Shown here: piece after piece, positions 45,916 through 56,117 of the stretch
Position numbering within the stretch: position 1 is the stretch's first letter
How the letters are laid out: each line of letters starts with the position of its first letter
Assembly (NCBI GenBank): GCA_027491915.1
Contig: JAOZGC010000003.1
Location: 1-64,000, forward strand
Direction of reading: 5' to 3'
Length of the DNA: 64,000 nucleotides
From: Thermoproteota archaeon
GTDB taxonomy: Archaea > Korarchaeota > Korarchaeia > Korarchaeales > Korarchaeaceae
Notes under the pieces: generated by a model
The model's input: only the letters and a program-made list of their open reading frames with translations
Told to the model about the DNA's origin: nothing
Databases searched by the model: none
Made by a program: the position numbers and the translations under genes

Positions 45916-46716
45916 TTGGCCAGGGAAGCGAGGGATGGGGACTTCGTGCTCGTCCACCTCAGCCTGTGGGATGCAGACGGGGGGGATCTGATCTACACCA
46001 CCGACGAGGCGGTGGCGCGGGAGTCCGGCGACTACGACGAGGACAGGATCTACGAGCCGGTACTGATAATCCTCGGAAGGGGGAAATTCTTTCCTGAATT
46101 AGAGTCTCAAATCGTAGGGATGAAACCTGGGGACACTAAAGAGATAATCTTAGAGCCGAGAGAGGCCTTCGGTGAGAGGGACGAATCCAAGGTGAGGACG
46201 ATCCCGCTAGGCAGGCTGAAGAGAGCCGGGCTAGGGGACGTCTTCCCCGGGGACAGGATAAAGATGGGGGGCGAGACAGGCACGATCCTCTCGATAAGCG
46301 GGGGAAGGGTCAAGGTGGATTTCAATCATCCCCTGGCCGGCCGAAGGATAAGGGCGAGGGTGACCCTGCTGTCAGTGCTCGAGGATACCGGGGAGAAGGT
46401 CAGGGCGCTGACCGCCGACGTCTTCGGCGTCCCGATCGACAGGGTGACGGCCGAGTTCTTGGATGGGACGGCCGTGGTGGAGATACCCCCTGCCGCCTAC
46501 ATGAGGCGAGACGCGCTGGACAGGAAGATAAGGATCGCTTCCGTGATGATGAACAGGCTCAAGGAGGTGGAAAAGCTCAGGTTCGTCGAGACCTTTCAAC
46601 TCCCAGGCGAGGGATCGGAAGTGGAGGACGCCGGTTCGGGAGAGGAACCGAGCGGTGGAACCGAGACGGGGGCGGAGGAACGGGGGGGTGGAGGAGAGTC
46701 CCAGCCTTCAGATTAG
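45916..46716 (+). CDS. FKBP-type peptidyl-prolyl isomerase (long archaeal type)
   Basis: GDFV, P..AFGERD, VDFNHPLAG. Confidence 0.9.
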   Translation: MAREARDGDFVLVHLSLWDADGGDLIYTTDEAVARESGDYDEDRIYEPVLIILGRGKFFPELESQIVGMKPGDTKEIILEPREAFGERDESKVRTIPLGRLKRAGLGDVFPGDRIKMGGETGTILSISGGRVKVDFNHPLAGRRIRARVTLLSVLEDTGEKVRALTADVFGVPIDRVTAEFLDGTAVVEIPPAAYMRRDALDRKIRIASVMMNRLKEVEKLRFVETFQLPGEGSEVEDAGSGEEPSGGTETGAEERGGGGESQPSD

Positions 46717-47157
46717 GAGCCTCACCCTGCAGAGCCTGCGATCCTCCCGAGGACAGTCGATCCTCCCTCCGACGGAGATGACCATGATCCTGTCCCCGGC
46801 CAGGAGGCCGGAAGGCCTGCACTCGTCGACCAGATCGCACTCTCCCTCTCGGCACCTGGGGGGCTCGTACTTCACTATCTCCCCCTCCCTGGCCAGCCTG
46901 ACCGGGAGGGCAACCTCCAACTCCGCCAGCTTGACCCTAGCCGGGACGACTACCCCGTGAACCTCGCACGGGAACCTCTTCTTCGCCGCCCTGGAAACCA
47001 CCTCATAGAGCCTGCCCTCCATCAAGCTTCCTGTACAAACAGACCTGAATTTGCAGGACGAGCAGGCGTCCGCTTCCCCGATGAAGAGGAACCTGGCCCC
47101 TCTCTCAATCATGTAGTCGGGAAGCAGGGTAACGATCTCTCTCTCGGGGTGTTCCAC
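46708..47157 (-). CDS. UPF0179-family protein
   Basis: F.F.G....C..C.....C, GR.Y.V, C.VH, CP motif. Confidence 0.8.
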   Translation of the reverse strand: MEHPEREIVTLLPDYMIERGARFLFIGEADACSSCKFRSVCTGSLMEGRLYEVVSRAAKKRFPCEVHGVVVPARVKLAELEVALPVRLAREGEIVKYEPPRCREGECDLVDECRPSGLLAGDRIMVISVGGRIDCPREDRRLCRVRLLI

Positions 47158-47261
47158 CGTCGCCCGGGATCACCACCGGCATGGTTTTAAAATCCTGGCC
47201 GCCCGCAGCCTCGTCGCGGGTTCGAACCCGCGTCCACCTTGGATAAAAGGGGTAGATCCGA

Positions 47262-47939
47262 TTGAGACCGGAGGAACTAGCCGGCGGCCCGCCGAGGCTC
47301 AGAGAGGAGGTAGAGAGGCTGGCCCTGAAGGGGACGACCACCGTGGGGATAAAGGTGGCCGACGGCGTCGTGTTGGCTGCCGACAAGAGGGCCTCATCTC
47401 AGACCTTCGTGGCCAGCAAAAAGGCCAGGAAGATACTGAAGGTCGATGACAAGACGGCCGTCACGATCTCTGGGGTGGTGGCAGATGCGCAGTTTCTCGT
47501 CAACAACCTGAAGGCCTTCTCCGACATTTACAGGGTGGAGCACGGGAGGCCCATGGCTGTCGGGGGGAAGGCCAGGTACCTGTCCCTCCTGCTGAGGTCC
47601 TACGGCAGGCTGTTCCTGATAGCTCACATGCTGGTCGGCGGGATAGACGACGGGGGACCGGCCCTCTTTGGGGTGGATTTCTTTGGCACGGTCTCGGAGG
47701 AGGTATACACCGCGGCCGGATCCGGCTCACCGGTCGCCCTGGCCGTTATAGAGGAGAGGTACGATCCGGCGATGACCCTGGACGAGGCCGAGTTCCTCGC
47801 GCTGGACGCTATGGCCGCAGCCCTGTCCAGGGATACGGCCACCGGGGACGGCATAGACGTCGCCGAGATAAGCGGCTCTGGCCTCCGCCTCCTCTCTCCG
47901 GCCCAGATAGAATCCATTCTGAGATCCCTCAAAAGGTGA
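47262..47939 (+). CDS. psmB: Proteasome beta subunit
   Basis: KG|TTTVG propeptide site, AADKRAS, GSGS, RD.ATGDG. Confidence 0.95.
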   Translation: MRPEELAGGPPRLREEVERLALKGTTTVGIKVADGVVLAADKRASSQTFVASKKARKILKVDDKTAVTISGVVADAQFLVNNLKAFSDIYRVEHGRPMAVGGKARYLSLLLRSYGRLFLIAHMLVGGIDDGGPALFGVDFFGTVSEEVYTAAGSGSPVALAVIEERYDPAMTLDEAEFLALDAMAAALSRDTATGDGIDVAEISGSGLRLLSPAQIESILRSLKR

Positions 47940-47943
47940 CCCC

Positions 47944-49860
47944 ATGGTTCAGAAGACTGCGGCCTTTTTGTCGGCCGATAAGCTGAAGCGTGAGGTCAGG
48001 GAGAGCCTCTCAAAGATAGGAAGCGTATCCAAGGTAGATCTGGAGGGCCCCTTCGTCGTGGTATATGTGGATGATCCGGCGGAGTTCTTGAACGGGGACG
48101 GCGGCCTGGCCGAGGTGGCCAAGAGCCTGAAGAAGAGGATAATCTTGATGTCCAAGGAACCGAAGAAGAATCAGGAAGAGGCACTGAAGATAATTAAAGC
48201 GGTGATTCCGGAGAGGGCCGAGCTAGTCGACGCAATATTCGTTAAGGAGACGAGAGAGGTATACATCATAGCGAAGAGGACCGGATACGTGGTTGGCAAG
48301 GCCGGGTCCAACATAGCCGCCGTTTTGAGGGCCACCGGGTGGCGACCCATAGTGATAAGGGCCCCGGCCCTGAGGTCGCCCTTCTTGGATACCCTCCAGA
48401 GGCTTATAGTGGACGGCGCGGTTGAGAGGAAGAGGAACCTGAAGCGAATCGCGAAGAGGATCTACAGGAAACCCATGGGGGTGAAAAGGGGGGTGTACGC
48501 CTCATTCCTCGGCGGCGCCAGGGAGGTCGGTAGGAGCAGCATACTCCTCCACACGGACGAGAGCTCCGTCCTCCTGGACGCCGGAATAGGGGTTGGGGGA
48601 GGGGGTTTCTTCCCCCGGTACGACTCGCCCGACTTCCACCTGGACGAACTGGACGCCGTCATCGTCACCCACGCCCACCTGGATCACTCCGGCGCCCTCC
48701 CCCTCCTGGCCAAGTACGGGTACAGGGGGCCCATATATGTCACCAAGCCGACCAGGGACCTAGTGGCGCTCCTCCTATACGACTACATCAACCTGAGCGC
48801 CAGGATAGGATCGACCCCCTTCTTCTCGGAGAGGGACGTTAGGACCATAATGAACCACATGGTCACCCTGGATTACGGGGAAACCGTCGACATATCGCCC
48901 GACATAAAGCTCACCCTCTACAAAGCGGGGCACATCCTGGGATCGGCCATGGCCCACCTGAACATAGTCGGGGCCAGGCACAACATCCTCTACACGGGGG
49001 ACTTCAGGTTCAGGGACAGCAAGCTCCTGGATCGGGCCGACAGCAGATTCCCCAGACTGGAGACCCTCATAATGGAGTGCACCTATGGTGGGGAGAAGGA
49101 CGTGCTCCCTCCTCCCTCGGACGCCGAGGCCCAGCTGCTATCCATAATCAACGAGACGATAGAGAGGGGGGGCAAGGTTCTGATACCGGCCCTGTCCGTC
49201 GGCAGGGCCCAGGAGATAATGCTAGTCTTGGTCGAGGCCTTCAACAGGGGGGAGCTCCCCGACGTCCCGGTCTACATAGACGGCATGGCCTACGACGCGA
49301 CGGCGATCCACACGGCCTACCCGGACTACCTGTCCGGCTACGTGCGCAACAAGGTTTTCAAGGAGGATTCCGATCCATTCACCGATCCTCACATATCGGC
49401 AGTAAACAGCCAGGACGACCGCGAATCGGTGATTCAGGGTGGGCCAAGCGTAATAATCTCCCCGTCCGGCATGTTGGCCGGAGGTCCCAGCGTGGAGTAC
49501 TTCAGGGCCCTGGCCGGGCGGCCCGAGAACGCGGTGATACTGGTGAGCTATCAGCCCCAGGGCACCCTGGGTAGGAGGCTCAGGGACGGGGCCAAGGAGG
49601 TTACCATCAGGGACGGGACTTCGGTTGAGAGGATCAAGGTCCAAGCTTGTGTCTGCTCGGTGGAGGGTTTCTCAGCCCACGCGGACAAGGTCCAGCTCCT
49701 GAGCTTCATAACCTCCATATCCCCCAAGCCGAAGAACATATTCCTGGTCCACGGTGAGGAGAGGAAGATGCACTCCTTCAGGCGGCTGGTCTCAAAGGCC
49801 GCCACTAAGCTGTCCCGGCTGGGAATGCCGAGCATCATGGAGAGGGTGAGGATCGTCTGA
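47944..49860 (+). CDS. fttA: aCPSF1/FttA beta-CASP ribonuclease
   Basis: KH domains, GGAREVGRS, THAHLDH, AGHILGS, GFSAHAD, HGE; follows psmB. Confidence 0.94.
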   Translation: MVQKTAAFLSADKLKREVRESLSKIGSVSKVDLEGPFVVVYVDDPAEFLNGDGGLAEVAKSLKKRIILMSKEPKKNQEEALKIIKAVIPERAELVDAIFVKETREVYIIAKRTGYVVGKAGSNIAAVLRATGWRPIVIRAPALRSPFLDTLQRLIVDGAVERKRNLKRIAKRIYRKPMGVKRGVYASFLGGAREVGRSSILLHTDESSVLLDAGIGVGGGGFFPRYDSPDFHLDELDAVIVTHAHLDHSGALPLLAKYGYRGPIYVTKPTRDLVALLLYDYINLSARIGSTPFFSERDVRTIMNHMVTLDYGETVDISPDIKLTLYKAGHILGSAMAHLNIVGARHNILYTGDFRFRDSKLLDRADSRFPRLETLIMECTYGGEKDVLPPPSDAEAQLLSIINETIERGGKVLIPALSVGRAQEIMLVLVEAFNRGELPDVPVYIDGMAYDATAIHTAYPDYLSGYVRNKVFKEDSDPFTDPHISAVNSQDDRESVIQGGPSVIISPSGMLAGGPSVEYFRALAGRPENAVILVSYQPQGTLGRRLRDGAKEVTIRDGTSVERIKVQACVCSVEGFSAHADKVQLLSFITSISPKPKNIFLVHGEERKMHSFRRLVSKAATKLSRLGMPSIMERVRIV

Positions 49861-49872
49861 CCGTCCGAGATC

Positions 49873-50268
49873 TCAGTCTTCGGGTCTCTTCCAGACTGCC
49901 ACAAACCTGGGTACGACCAGCAGAGGGGGAAAGGTCTCCGTTCTCACCACGACGACCTCTCCTCCAACCTCTTGGACCCGATCCTTGAGCTGCCTCAGCG
50001 CGAGTCTGAGCTCCTCCTCGCTCTTGTCCACCAGGTCGTCGTACCTCACTATGACTATATTGTTCTCGTTTATCTCCGTCAGGACCTGACCTATATCGGA
50101 CACGTCTCTCAGGTAGACCGGCTTCACGGCTATTGGTTTTTCCATGATGTCCGGTCCGTACTCCTCTCCTGGGACCGGCTCGTAGTACTCTTCTCCCTCT
50201 CCGTACTCCTCGTACTCCTCGTACTCCTCCTCACCGCCCCTACCCAAGATCCTCCTGAAGAAGCCCAA
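49873..50268 (-). CDS. sepF: Cell division protein SepF
   Basis: N-terminal amphipathic GFFRRILG, acidic linker, NNIVIV, GGEV...LLVVP. Confidence 0.8.
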   Translation of the reverse strand: MGFFRRILGRGGEEEYEEYEEYGEGEEYYEPVPGEEYGPDIMEKPIAVKPVYLRDVSDIGQVLTEINENNIVIVRYDDLVDKSEEELRLALRQLKDRVQEVGGEVVVVRTETFPPLLVVPRFVAVWKRPED

Positions 50269-50403
50269 ACCGCAACCCTCCTTTTCTCGACCCCGATCGG
50301 CCACCCTATTTAAAGCATATCAGGCGTCGGTCTTACCGGGCGGCCGCGTCCCCAACGTTTAATTATGAAGGCGTGGGATACGGAGGGGCCCGAGGCGGTG
50401 GAG

Positions 50404-50649
50404 ATGAGCAACGCCATGGGTTACCTGAACAAGAATGTCGACGAAAATGTGCTCGTCTCCCTCAAGAACGGCTCTTGGGTCAGGGGGGTACTCAGGGCGT
50501 TTGACAGGCACCTCAACCTCATAGTAGACAACGCCGAGGAGATGATGCCCGGTCAGGGCGACCCAGTCGGCAGCGTGATAAGGCTCGGGAAGAGGGTACT
50601 GATAAGGGGCGACACGGTTGTGGCAATATCCGCCCCCAAATCGAGGTGA
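50404..50649 (+). CDS. Sm-like protein (Lsm/SmAP1)
   Basis: G.L.AFD.HLNL, IRGD; upstream of rpl37e. Confidence 0.92.
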   Translation: MSNAMGYLNKNVDENVLVSLKNGSWVRGVLRAFDRHLNLIVDNAEEMMPGQGDPVGSVIRLGKRVLIRGDTVVAISAPKSR

Positions 50650-50694
50650 GTCGGACTTCCGCCCGGGAGATGAGACGGGGGAGGTGAGGGTGAC

Positions 50695-50886
50695 TTGGTC
50701 AAGGGGACTCCCTCCATGGGCAAGAGGGGCCGAGGAAAAACTCACGTGAGATGTAGGAGATGCGGCAGGCACTCTTTCAACGTTAAGAAGGGATATTGCG
50801 CCGCCTGCGGCTTCGGCAGGAGCAGGAGGATTAGGAGGTACTCCTGGCAGAACAAGAAGCCCGTGACCAGGGCGAGGCTGGTCTGA
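50695..50886 (+). CDS. rpl37e: 50S ribosomal protein L37e
   Basis: [20 protein letters not shown]. Confidence 0.96.
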   Translation: MVKGTPSMGKRGRGKTHVRCRRCGRHSFNVKKGYCAACGFGRSRRIRRYSWQNKKPVTRARLV

Positions 50887-50908
50887 GGACCCTCCCCGCC
50901 GAATTCCC

Positions 50909-50997
50909 ATATTTTAATTAATGATTGAAAATAACAGTGGAATAATTCCAAAATCTTTTTAAGTATTTGCCCGGCCTAAAATTAGAGGTTTTTCTTT
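50909..50997 (+). promoter_or_regulatory. AT-rich promoter region with inverted repeat TGGAAT-A-ATTCCA (50938-50950)
   Basis: Markedly AT-rich against the GC-rich background; TTTTTAA TATA-like box downstream of the palindrome. Confidence 0.5.
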
Positions 50998-52305
50998 TTG
51001 TCTCTAAACCATGCGGGAGAGGTCGTTGTGGTGGGTACTGGCCCCGGAGGAGCCACGGTCGCGCGGGAGCTGGCCTCTCGGGGGGTGAGGGTGACGATCT
51101 TGGAGAGCGGCAGACCGGGCGTCAAGTTCGGCACGGAGATGGGGGCGCTCGGTTTCTACGACGGCCGAACCTTCGGGGCAGGCCGCCTGTCCGAGGGCAG
51201 AGAGGTCGAGTTCTTCAGGGCCAAGGTGCTCGGGGGCACGGCCACCGTCTCTCTAGGCTGCGCCCTGTCCCCGCCGGGCGGCCGGCCGAGGGGTATGGGG
51301 TTCGATCTTGGGGGGAACCTATCCGAAGCCCGGAGGGACATGAAGGTAGTTACAACACCGGAGGAGTTCATTGGACCGAGATCCTCCCTGATCCGGCGCG
51401 CGGGGGAGGAGCTCGGCTACGAGTTCAGACCCATGCCCAAATCGGTCAAATTCGACCGATGCACGGGATGCGGGAACTGCGTCTTGGGCTGCGTCGAGGG
51501 GGCCAAGTGGACGCCAGTGAGATACCTGGCCGAGGCCGCCAGGGCGGGCGCGAGGATCATGACGGGTTATTCGGTGACCAGGGTGGCGTCGAAGTCGGGC
51601 GAGGTGACCTCAGTAGCCGCCCGGGGGCCGACCGGCGGGATCAACATCCCGGCGAGCGTCGTGGTGCTGGCGGCCGGGGCCCTGGAAACTCCGGTAATCC
51701 TCCAGAACTCCGGGGTGGATGCAGGCGGCTCCCTGTCGGGCGACCTGTTCGTAAACTGCTACGGTATGATCGACGGCAGGGGCATGGGAGACGAGATGGG
51801 GATGACGACGCTCATGGACGGGATGCTGGATAGGGGCTTCCTACTATCCCCCATCCTGGATACCCCCCTGGACATGTTCCTCTACTTTCCGACGCTCAAG
51901 AAGCTCAGGTCCCTCAGGAGATCGAAGATGATCGGCCTGATGGTCAAGACCTCGGACGACGTCGTTGGAGGGGTTACCAGAGACGGTAGAATAAGAAAGA
52001 CCATAACCCGAAACGACGAGAGGAGGCTTAGGGAGGGAGAAAAGATCGCCAGGGCCGTGCTCGAGGCCGCCGGCTGTAACCCCGGATCGATCATGACCGG
52101 GAGGGTGAGGGCGGCCCACCCGGCATGCACAGCCCCCGTGGGAGAGGTGGTCGACCGAGAGCAGGAGACCGAGATATCAGGCCTCTTCGTCGGGGACGCC
52201 AGCGCCTTTCCGGCGGCCCCTGGGATTCCCCCAATAGTCACGATAGTCGCCATGTCCAAGCGGCTCGGGAGGATCTTGACCGACGACCGACTGAACCCTT
52301 CCTAG
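50998..52305 (+). CDS. GMC-family FAD oxidoreductase with Fe-S motif
   Basis: GTGPGG, LGGT, CTGCGNCVLGC, LAAGALETP, GLFV.DAS.FP...G.PP..TI. Confidence 0.85.
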   Translation: MSLNHAGEVVVVGTGPGGATVARELASRGVRVTILESGRPGVKFGTEMGALGFYDGRTFGAGRLSEGREVEFFRAKVLGGTATVSLGCALSPPGGRPRGMGFDLGGNLSEARRDMKVVTTPEEFIGPRSSLIRRAGEELGYEFRPMPKSVKFDRCTGCGNCVLGCVEGAKWTPVRYLAEAARAGARIMTGYSVTRVASKSGEVTSVAARGPTGGINIPASVVVLAAGALETPVILQNSGVDAGGSLSGDLFVNCYGMIDGRGMGDEMGMTTLMDGMLDRGFLLSPILDTPLDMFLYFPTLKKLRSLRRSKMIGLMVKTSDDVVGGVTRDGRIRKTITRNDERRLREGEKIARAVLEAAGCNPGSIMTGRVRAAHPACTAPVGEVVDREQETEISGLFVGDASAFPAAPGIPPIVTIVAMSKRLGRILTDDRLNPS

Positions 52306-52407
52306 GTCGTCGGGCGGCGACACCTCGGATGATCAGGGAGGTTGCGGGTCGGCACCCTCCCCGACCCCCCACGAGTAATCTTTAATTTCCGGTGGTGTGC
52401 GGGAGCT

Positions 52408-52508
52408 GGGCCGGTGGCGCAGTCTGGTAGCGCGCCCGCTTGGCAAGCGGCGTCCGAATCGCCCAGAGTGCGGGAGGTTCGCGGGTTCGAATCCCGCCCG
52501 GTCCACCA
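52408..52508 (+). tRNA. tRNA-Ala(GGC) with 23-nt canonical intron (52446-52468)
   Basis: G3:U70; BHB TTGG CA|A GCG..CGC CCAG AG|T; CCA encoded. Confidence 0.92.
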
Positions 52509-52560
52509 GATCTATCTTCTCTTCAACGTCCTCAAAGGATCTGATCGAGGGAGAACCATC

Positions 52561-53130
52561 GTGTTCCGAGATTCGAGGTCGTCCCTATCCGGAGAGAGGC
52601 TTCCGAACTACGTCGAGGAGGTCAGGCTGACCCCCCTCATCCCCCTGTTTCTTCTCCTGCCCATGATCGTCATGGCCCCCCTGATCCTCTATCTGGCCCT
52701 CTCCAGGCCGGCCGTTCAACCCCTCCTTCCGGGGGCGGTGGCGATCGCGCTCATACTATCCCTCGTATACTATCTAATCAGGATCTACGGGAAGCTCAGG
52801 TTGGAGGTCTTCGAGGGGGCCATCAGGATCAAGTTCGGCCGATCCGAACTCACCATCCCGGCCGCATCCGTGTCGGCCATAAGCCTGACCAGGGCCGGCG
52901 CCCTGTCCCTCTGGTCCGGGCCCCAGGTCTGGAGGGGGTCCCTAAAATTCCTGCTGCGCGGGGGCGCGGCGGTGGTCTTCCACCTGTCTCGCCCCCAGAG
53001 AGACGTCGCTGGGGAGATCAGGCGGGTATGGGTGTCCACCTCAAATCCAGATGGCCTGGTGGCGGCCCTGATCGGGGCGGGATTTCCCCCTCCCTCCAGA
53101 CCTCCGGAGGGGGACAAATACAGCCTGTAA
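52561..53130 (+). CDS. Hypothetical membrane protein (2 TM plus PH-like domain)
   Basis: Two hydrophobic helices; C-terminal VSTSNPDGLV. Confidence 0.6.
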   Translation: MFRDSRSSLSGERLPNYVEEVRLTPLIPLFLLLPMIVMAPLILYLALSRPAVQPLLPGAVAIALILSLVYYLIRIYGKLRLEVFEGAIRIKFGRSELTIPAASVSAISLTRAGALSLWSGPQVWRGSLKFLLRGGAAVVFHLSRPQRDVAGEIRRVWVSTSNPDGLVAALIGAGFPPPSRPPEGDKYSL

Positions 53131-53146
53131 TTCGGCGGCGCGGGAG

Positions 53147-53235
53147 TGGTGCGGGGGGAGGGATTTGAACCCTCGCGGGCCTGCGCCCACTCGGTCCTGA
53201 GCCGAGCGCCTTGGACCTGGCTTGGCTACCCCCGC
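53147..53235 (-). tRNA. tRNA-Leu(CAG)
   Basis: CTCGG CT CAG GA CCGAG, long variable arm, CCA encoded. Confidence 0.95.
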
Positions 53236-53302
53236 GGGGAGGAAGACCCCTCCCGTCGATATAAAGATTGCAGGCGGGACCCCCTCGCCCCTATCTAAAG
53301 AT

Positions 53303-53380
53303 TGGTGCTCCGGCCGGGATTTGAACCCGGGTCTGGGGCTCGAAAGGCCCCTATGCTTAACCTGGCTACACCACCGGAGC
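53303..53380 (-). tRNA. tRNA-Glu(TTC)
   Basis: GGGGC CT TTC GA GCCCC, CCA encoded. Confidence 0.95.
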
Positions 53381-53419
53381 CCGGGGACCGGTCTACCCCT
53401 CCTCTTATAAAATCAGCAC

Positions 53420-54529
53420 CTATATGGCGATTCCCAGATTCTCGTCCAGCTTCTGCCTCAGGTACTCCACGAAGAGGCCCTTGAGCTCCCTGGCCGACGG
53501 ACTCATCGCCTTGAATATCTCCAACTCCGCCTTCTTCTTTTTCTCTAGAAACCACCTGTTCTCCTCCTGCCAGAACGGATGCTGGAGATTGGGCAGCCTC
53601 ATGTTGTCCTGGGCCGCCTTGAGGTCCATCTGGGTGAGGGGCTCCAGGGCGAACCGGTAGTCAGAGAAGAAACCAGTCTCCACGTCTCCGGTGGTTATTC
53701 CTATGAATCTGGCCTCTGGGGCGGCCAATCCGGGAATGTGAGCCGAGCTTATGCTGTTGTAAACCACGGTGGCGGCTATCCTTATGGACCACGGGGACAG
53801 GTCCGTTAGGATGGCCACCGGCACTCCCTTGTCGCTCAACATCCTCAGGAACCTGCGCATGCTCCTGGAGGCCTGCCCCTTCAGGATGGCCACCGCTATC
53901 CCGTGCTCCTCCGGTATCCCCAACTCTATCATGTTCTTGGCCGGGCCGACCTTCTCCACGGCAACGACCGCCTTGACGCCTATCCTCCCGAATTTTATGT
54001 TCTCTGGCCTCGGGGGAACCGAGTAACCCATCTCCCCGACTTGATCAGCCCTTATCGTCCTTCCCGACCTGTCTGTGAGCTCTATGTCTCCGTATATCCA
54101 CCCCCTGGGGTCGCTCGTTATTGATATGGCCTCGCGCGGCAGTCCAAGCACCAGCTCCATCAAGACGATCCTTGAGTCAGTCTCTCGCTGATCTTTGGGG
54201 AACAGCGTACCCTTGAGCCTCTCTATTTTGTGGATGTAGTAGAAATCCCTCTTGGTCATGGTCAGTCCGTTCTCCAGGTGATCGAGCGCCTTGTCCATTC
54301 CATAGAGTATCCCGGCGAGCGTCTTCAGGCTCTTCAGCCTGGACCCCCTTATCTCGCTGTACACCCTAGGGGAGAAGACGTATCCCTCCTCCTCGCTGAA
54401 CTCTATGTTGCCCGAGGTGTTGGGGGGGTATCTTATCTTCGGGAACCTCCCCATCTCCATATCCCTCTTGATCTTCAGGGCTATCTCCCTTATCCTCTTC
54501 TTGACCTCAACCGCCTCCTCATGAGCCAT
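53420..54529 (-). CDS. top6A: DNA topoisomerase VI subunit A
   Basis: TKRDFYY catalytic Tyr, TOPRIM VEK, KGQ, TD.SP, KAELE. Confidence 0.9.
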   Translation of the reverse strand: MAHEEAVEVKKRIREIALKIKRDMEMGRFPKIRYPPNTSGNIEFSEEEGYVFSPRVYSEIRGSRLKSLKTLAGILYGMDKALDHLENGLTMTKRDFYYIHKIERLKGTLFPKDQRETDSRIVLMELVLGLPREAISITSDPRGWIYGDIELTDRSGRTIRADQVGEMGYSVPPRPENIKFGRIGVKAVVAVEKVGPAKNMIELGIPEEHGIAVAILKGQASRSMRRFLRMLSDKGVPVAILTDLSPWSIRIAATVVYNSISSAHIPGLAAPEARFIGITTGDVETGFFSDYRFALEPLTQMDLKAAQDNMRLPNLQHPFWQEENRWFLEKKKKAELEIFKAMSPSARELKGLFVEYLRQKLDENLGIAI

Positions 54530-56063
54530 TCTTCTTCACCCCCGCGGGCGGGCGAACCTTGGACAGTATCTTCTCCACCGGCGGCCTCTCGCCGGTTAGG
54601 TCCTCTACCACCTCGGATATCAACTCGTAATATCTGGCAAACGCTTCGTACCTGGCCCTGGCCATCTCGGCCCTCCTCTTCCTGTGGAGGAAAGACTTCA
54701 ACTCCCTGGCGCAGATCCTCAACCCAAGCTCGATCTCCCTGGCTATCTCCGGTTTGTTTGCTATGAACTCCTTACCCACGGTCTTAAAGGGTATCTTGGT
54801 GGACACTATGTGCACGAACAGGGCCACGGGTTCTTCCTCCAGCGATCTCAACCCGTAGTTCCCCCAGTCTATCCTCCTAGCCACCGCGTACGAAACGTCG
54901 CTGGAGACATCGTAGAGGAGGGGTATCCGGTTGGCGAACCTGTAGAGCTGGATCTCCCCGGTCGGTCTCAGCTCTCCCCCATAGGCCAGGGCCGTTTCAA
55001 CTATGAACGGGTGGGCCTCGAACACGCTCGGCGGCCTCTGGACTGCCTTGACGAATTCCGGTCTGAGCTCCTTCTTTATTCCCTCCTCCAACAACTCCGG
55101 CGACAGGGGCGACAGGATCGAGGCGTCGGGCGGCAGGAACCGTGGATAGCTTCTCAATGCCCTGAAGAGGGCCCTAATCTCCTCGTCGGTCAGGTTTCTC
55201 GGCCTCTTGATCGGATCGAGCCCGGCCAGCCTCACCACTTCCCTCGCGGTCTTGGATCCCACCCTCTGGAAGTGGGTGGTGAGGAAGGTCACCAGAGTCC
55301 TGGTCTTGGTGGTGGATATGAGCCTCATCAGTATCTCCAGGTCCACCCCTTTGGGGTGGAACTTGGCCTCCCTGGGCAGCGGGGGGATCACGTCGGTGCT
55401 CCTCACGAAAAGGTAGGGGACCCCGTCCGGATCCACGAACAGCATGTCCGCGTATGGGGTGACGATCGCGGTCTGCCTCAGGTACTCAACTATCTTTCTC
55501 CTGGCCTTCCCGTAGCTCCCCTCGAAGTGCATCTCAACCCTGGTGAACGACTCGTCGCACGCGTCCGCCAGCCTCCTCCTCTTCAATACAATCGGTTCAT
55601 TCCTCTTGATGTCTATCTTCATTTCGAACTCCTCCACAGGACCCCCGTCCCGCGCGGTGGTCACCTTGAAGGGCATGTTGGTCGTTATCTGTCCGTAGAG
55701 GAGGGCCATAGTCCCGCCCAATCCGAACGTCCCCCTGCTCTGCATCAACCTGTACTTGGAACTCACGAACACCTTGCCGAAGGCCGCAGGAACGTCGCTC
55801 GGATCCAGACCGATGCCGTTGTCAGACACGGTAAGCCTGTAGATGGTCCCTCTCCCGTCCACCCTCTCTTCAGATCTGGTCATGAAGACCGTTATCCTCG
55901 GCGGCCTCCTGGCCAGCTCGCAGGCGTCCAGCGCGTTCTCGACGAGCTCCCTCACTATGGTGTAGGTGGCCCTAACCGGGTTGTCGAAGCCGGCCAGGGC
56001 CTTGTTCCGGTAGAAGAAGTCCGCCGCGCTTATCTGCTCCAGCTGAACCTCTCTCTCGGCCAT
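54519..56063 (-). CDS. top6B: DNA topoisomerase VI subunit B
   Basis: ELVENALDAC, DNGIG, QSRG.FGLG, RFANRIPLLYD, GKE. Confidence 0.95.
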   Translation of the reverse strand: MAEREVQLEQISAADFFYRNKALAGFDNPVRATYTIVRELVENALDACELARRPPRITVFMTRSEERVDGRGTIYRLTVSDNGIGLDPSDVPAAFGKVFVSSKYRLMQSRGTFGLGGTMALLYGQITTNMPFKVTTARDGGPVEEFEMKIDIKRNEPIVLKRRRLADACDESFTRVEMHFEGSYGKARRKIVEYLRQTAIVTPYADMLFVDPDGVPYLFVRSTDVIPPLPREAKFHPKGVDLEILMRLISTTKTRTLVTFLTTHFQRVGSKTAREVVRLAGLDPIKRPRNLTDEEIRALFRALRSYPRFLPPDASILSPLSPELLEEGIKKELRPEFVKAVQRPPSVFEAHPFIVETALAYGGELRPTGEIQLYRFANRIPLLYDVSSDVSYAVARRIDWGNYGLRSLEEEPVALFVHIVSTKIPFKTVGKEFIANKPEIAREIELGLRICARELKSFLHRKRRAEMARARYEAFARYYELISEVVEDLTGERPPVEKILSKVRPPAGVKKNGS

Positions 56064-56117
56064 CCCTCTCGGGGCCCCCGCCCGGCCCCCGTTTAAAATA
56101 TTGATCGACGCCCATCT

